DNA from: the human T2T-CHM13v2.0 reference genome, Homo sapiens
Assembly (NCBI RefSeq): GCF_009914755.1
Contig: NC_060933.1
DNA length: 64,000 nucleotides
Reading direction: 5' to 3' (one strand)
Below are positions 59,478-64,000 of this stretch, in pieces. The translations under genes were made by a program, and so were the position numbers. The notes below the pieces were generated by a model. It was given only the letters and a program-made list of their open reading frames with translations. It had not been told where the DNA came from and made no database searches. The number at the start of each line of letters is the position of its first letter. Position 1 is the stretch's first letter.

Positions 59478-61639
59478 CCTTCCATGGTCTTTTCCACATA
59501 AGGGCAGTCCTCTCTCCAAAAGAAATTTCTATGTAACCAGACATATACAATTACTGAAATCTAAATGGCAAGTGGATTCACAAATCAACTCCTATACCAG
59601 TCAGAATGTGTACATACGTAGAAGCATAAATGAAGAAAGCACCTCTGCATCTCAATTACAGAATTCCATGTAACCATTTCTCTTAAGGAGACAGCATTTG
59701 AATAATAAGAAGAAAGCATAATTTCACCTGCAAATATCGAAATTTCACATTCCACTTATAGAGGAAGAAAAGAGATTGAGAGATTGAAGAAATATTCCTT
59801 TTAAGGTTCCTTATTAATCTTTTAAAGTGTATGGGAAAATAATTAGATGACTTCAAAAATGCATTAATACATGATTTTCAAGAGATGACTATAGGTATAG
59901 TACTTTAAAAATGGATTTTAAATTATTCAATGTCAATATATATTAGTGTACCATTTCCCAAAGCATAACATGTGATTTTATTAGATATTACTCAGGTACA
60001 AGTATTCTCTGGTTCTATGCATTTCTATAGGACTTTTCAGAGCTTTTAAAAGGGTAACAGGAATTGAGGGTTCTCAAGAGAAACTGAATCACACAGTGTT
60101 TCACTGCTTGTGTAACCACAGAACTCTTAAGGGACTAATGTACAATGGATCATGGTATGAGAAGTTATGTACTGGAGTTGAGAAATCTATAATCTAAACA
60201 GGAAGACTACTAGAACAGATATCCATACAATGCATACTTTTGCATTTTAAAACACTGATTATCTCTAAAGAGTGGGCAAGTTTCAAAGAGTGGTTTATAT
60301 AAGAAAATCCTTTAAAATAAAGATTTCTTAATTTGACCATAATACAGCATGATGTCTCTGTTTCCACTTCGACTAGCATGATGTAGGAGCGAGTGGGGGA
60401 AGTATGAGTCAAAAAAGAGTGGGGGAAGAAAAAAATCATTTTATTTTAAAAAAAAACTTCTTAGCTACACCAAGAAATTTCCATTGAAATGAACTCTCTC
60501 TACATGGTATGCAATGTTTCCAAGCAGGTTTAATCATAGTATTCTAATTGATTAAATATCATAAGTAGTAAGAATTTATAGAAATAAAGATGATGATCAA
60601 GCCTTTGGGAAATCTTGGAAAAACTACTGCAAGGAAATACACAAATGATGTAGCATGGGTTCCTACAGAAGCAAGGATAAAATAAACAGGGGCAAAAGTA
60701 ATTAAATTACCTTCTCCCTTGAGCAAAAAGGTACTCTATTCCAACACACAGTGCTGTAAAGCAGTCTCAGTTGTTTAATTGAAATGTACACTCACTCACT
60801 AACCCACACTGTTAAGCCTGTTATGCTGGCAGTAATTGTCCATATTCACAGGGAGAATCGGGTAAACATTTTAGTATCATCAAATTATAATGATTACACA
60901 TATTCATAAGTGACGACACATATCTGTGAGAGCTGTCATCACTTCTTGAGTGAGACCCCATGCATTATGGCTACATGACATGGGGACGCTGGTGACAAGA
61001 GCATTAGCGAGCTTACTAAGCATGCACAGGTTGTAGGGCCATGTACTGGGTGCTCAAAAGTTCATGATAAAGATCAGAGTCCCTATCTTCTGGAAGTATC
61101 ATTAGCAAAAAGCATTTATTATCACACAGAAGTGGGACTCCGACTGTGATCCAAGTCAGGGATCAAACACTAACTTGCTGTTAATTCAGTGTGGTAGAAC
61201 AGAATAATATGGAATATTCTTTCCTAACGTACATGGAAGTGTGCCAAATAAAAAGAAGTCATAGAAAGACCCTAAAATGAACATTAGAGACAAAAATTAT
61301 AATAGTCAAATGTCAGCACTACAAAATTACAGAAAGACCAAAATAGCTTATGCTGAAAAAAATTTTCTAGTCCTATTTGAGAAAAAATACTTATGGTCGC
61401 TAGTTGCTAAAATTTTGAGTATACTTCATGGCAACACAATGACATTTCCTTATTAAGTATAAAAATGATGCTACAGAACCTTTAGTCAAAAATTATCCTT
61501 GATAGTAATGAAAGGTTTTTGAAGATGCATCTTCTCCCTCTTGACCAAAAGTGCACATTTGTGACATTATTGGCTAGAGTTGAGGATACAATTTGAGTCC
61601 ACACAGACCAGATCAAAGCTAATTGGACTTTGTGACAAA

Positions 61640-61695
61640 TGACCTCATGACCTAGACCTCATTAGTCATGATCTAACCAGCTGAGCTAGTGGGCC
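61640..61695 (-). pseudogene. Degenerate tRNA-Ile-derived SINE head (MamSINE1-like); not a functional tRNA
   Basis: Minus strand GGCCCACTAGCTCAGCTGGTTAGATCATGACTAATGAGGTCTAGGTC has an A-box/D-arm and a CTAAT anticodon-like loop, but no GTTCGA B-box or acceptor-stem partner. Confidence 0.5.
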
Positions 61696-62038
61696 ATAGA
61701 AAATACATGTTAGCACTAAATATTTGCTTTGAATCATTTCTGCACTTAAATGGGTCCTATAGTTTTAAAGAACCTACCTTACAAATGCTGTTTTTCTAAG
61801 GTTTTATGAATGAATGAATTCATTCAACTCATGTTTACCTATTATGTGGAAGACCCTAATATCAGCAGTAAAGCAGTTTAAAAATGCACAAGACAATATG
61901 CAGAATTTAGAATCATTAAGTAGTAGCAAAAACTGTAAACAAATAATGAGTGCATAATTTTACAGCAATAACTAATGTTCATTGAGTGTGTCCTACTCTT
62001 TAGATGATACATAAAGCACTTTTGATAAACTGAGGTTA

Positions 62039-62266
62039 CAGTTTGAGTATCCTATATCCAAAATGCTTGGAACAAGCAGTGTTTCGAATTTTTTATTTTT
62101 TCACATTTTGAAATATTTGCATTATATACTTAACCAGTTGGGCATCCTTAAGCTGAAAATCTAAAATCTGAAATGCATGATGAGTACTTCCCTTGAGCAT
62201 TATGTTGGTGCTCAAAAAGTTTCAGATTTGGGAGTATTTCGGATTTCAGATTTTCGGCTCAACTGG
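62039..62266. mobile_element. Tigger4a/MER46A-like TcMar MITE
   Basis: cagtttgagtatcc...aaaatgcttggaac...gctcaaaaagtttcagatttggg...ctcaactgg flanked by TA. Confidence 0.8.
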
Positions 62267-62535
62267 TACTTCATTTCATACATAACAGACTAATCTCTCC
62301 ACCTTAGCTGGGACCAGTACAAAATGAGAAATAACTGTGATAGGTACTATACAATTAACTCTCTCAATACCCATTTCAACTGCCCTTTTCCCTTGTCACA
62401 TTCTACCACAACAGACACGAAAGCTACAAACTCCCATTCTCACATTCCCCTGCAGGTGCCCATTACTACTTGTCACAGACAAAGATGAAATGACAACTGA
62501 CAACTGGGTGACCTCTAGCAGTGTCTACAAAGCCA

Positions 62536-62657
62536 TTTATTTTCCCTGAGAGCATAAAGGTCGAAGTGGCAGGCGTCTTTTTCATTTGGTATAAATGCCA
62601 ACAGTAGTTTAAGTTTATGGTGAAGATTCCAAAATCATGCTCCAGGGGGCCCTGGAC
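62536..62657 (-). other. RFX3: Candidate alternative terminal exon of RFX3: (M)SRAPWSMILESSP* plus AATAAA
   Basis: Acceptor ctctacttatttgttgtatag|GTCCAGG; stop TAA at 62617-62615 in the phase-2 context; AATAAA at 62541-62536. Confidence 0.45.
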
Positions 62658-64000
62658 CTATACAACAAATAAGTAGAGTGAAAAACATTCACAGTGTGTC
62701 TAAAATATGTAAAGAGGTATAGATTTAATACGGTAACAGAAATTTACTGACTTTATTATGTGCCAATCACCTAAGCAAATGTAAATAAAACAAAATGCCA
62801 AGTTCGCATTCAGGGAGAGTTCTTCCTACTATGGGAAACATAAACAAGCATTCACAGTACAATGCTGTAAGTAAAAGTCAGGGGATAATGTTGCCCTTTA
62901 TAAGGGAAGGATAAGCTAACTGCAGAGAAGGAGAGTCAGGGTCCATGTCACAAAGAAGGGAGTGACATGTCTGTCTATAAAGATCACACTAGACTGGGTT
63001 TAGGGAGACTGGGAGGAAAGGAGAGAAGACAGAGAATGCTATTTCAGCAGAGAAAACGGCATGTCCAAAAACATAGAAGTATGAAAGGGGAATATTTGGG
63101 GAAAAATGCACAAAATTGGTTATGCCTAGAAGGTAGAAAATAAGGCGGAGGTAGGAATGCGGAGAATGCCAGTGTGGAAAGTTAGATTTTATTTTATAGG
63201 TAATGGAGGTAGTGTTAGGCAGTAGTGATGTGGGTAGATTCAGTGACCAAATATAGTAAGAAAAGAAAGAAGCCAGAGTCAATGAAAAGCTTCCAGTTTT
63301 GTATCATCTATTATTGTACCAGGCTCTGTATTAGGTACTTTAAATATATTTCCTTGTATCCTTGCAAAAACCCAATAAGAGTGAAATTATTCTCCTTCCC
63401 CTTCCATGGTAACAATAACAAAAAGCTCAGAATATTTAAGTACATTGGTCACAATTATAAAACGAATACAAAATTAACCAGAATTCTGTTTTTAGTTATA
63501 ATAATAATAGATAACAACAACTGAACTCACATGTCATGCACACTTCTGGTGTTGAGTTATTACAGTAGTGAATAAAAACAAAAAAAGTCCTGCCTCCATG
63601 GAACTTATAGGTTGACATCACGGAAATAAATGAAATCACTCAAGGAAAGAGTAGATGTAGTAAGAATAAAGACAGCAGAGGTTATCATCCTGGAGTATAC
63701 CAACACTGATGGGAGGTGGGCAGAAGAGTCAGTGAGAGAACCTGAATTCATTTTAAGTTAACCGAGGAAGCCAACAGGTTGCAAACAAAAAACCCAATTT
63801 GGAAACAATCCTTGCGACTTACAATAATTCTTAGTTCCTTTATTTATAACAACATTCTGCATCTTATTGCAAAGTAGCCAAGAAGCCCAAATAAAATAAA
63901 TTTACAAATTTATATTATTGTTGATGCAAAAGAGATAAGCTGGTTTCGGGCAGGGGGCAGGTTTAGATAGGAAAGTAACATTTATTATCAGACATTTTTA

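Noticed and set aside
60194-60439. Minus-strand ORF preceded by a pyrimidine-rich tract, as a possible RFX3 exon
   Set aside because: No convincing donor or RFX-like sequence; the acceptor position is ambiguous.

Overview
Eukaryotic, human or great-ape-like intronic DNA: AT-rich, CpG-poor, with primate Alu, L1PA and THE1 elements. The whole window lies inside RFX3 (winged-helix transcription factor), transcribed on the minus strand. Four coding exons with canonical GT-AG boundaries and mutually consistent phases are visible: 48036-48294 (259 nt), 19335-19409 (75 nt), 10866-11047 (182 nt) and 5927-6046 (120 nt). They encode part of the N-terminal region and the whole RFX DNA-binding domain. 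The rest is intron: a near full-length dead L1PA5-like element, two 5'-truncated young L1s, ten Alus, two THE1 solo LTRs, an ERV1 LTR, DNA transposon relics, old L1M/L2/MIR fragments and several small duplications. Most notable observations: (1) a tight cluster of frame-preserving candidate microexons (9, 18 and possibly 93 nt) in the intron that splits the DNA-contacting wing of the RFX domain; (2) two candidate alternative last exons and a 17-nt poison microexon that would give products lacking the DNA-binding domain; (3) an L1 whose 5'UTR appears spliced before integration, which remodels its antisense ORF0; (4) a TSD-less L1 between two copies of a ~170-bp duplication. Repeat subfamily calls, exon numbering and consensus comparisons come from recalled sequences, not database searches. 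The candidate exons may already be annotated and need RNA evidence.
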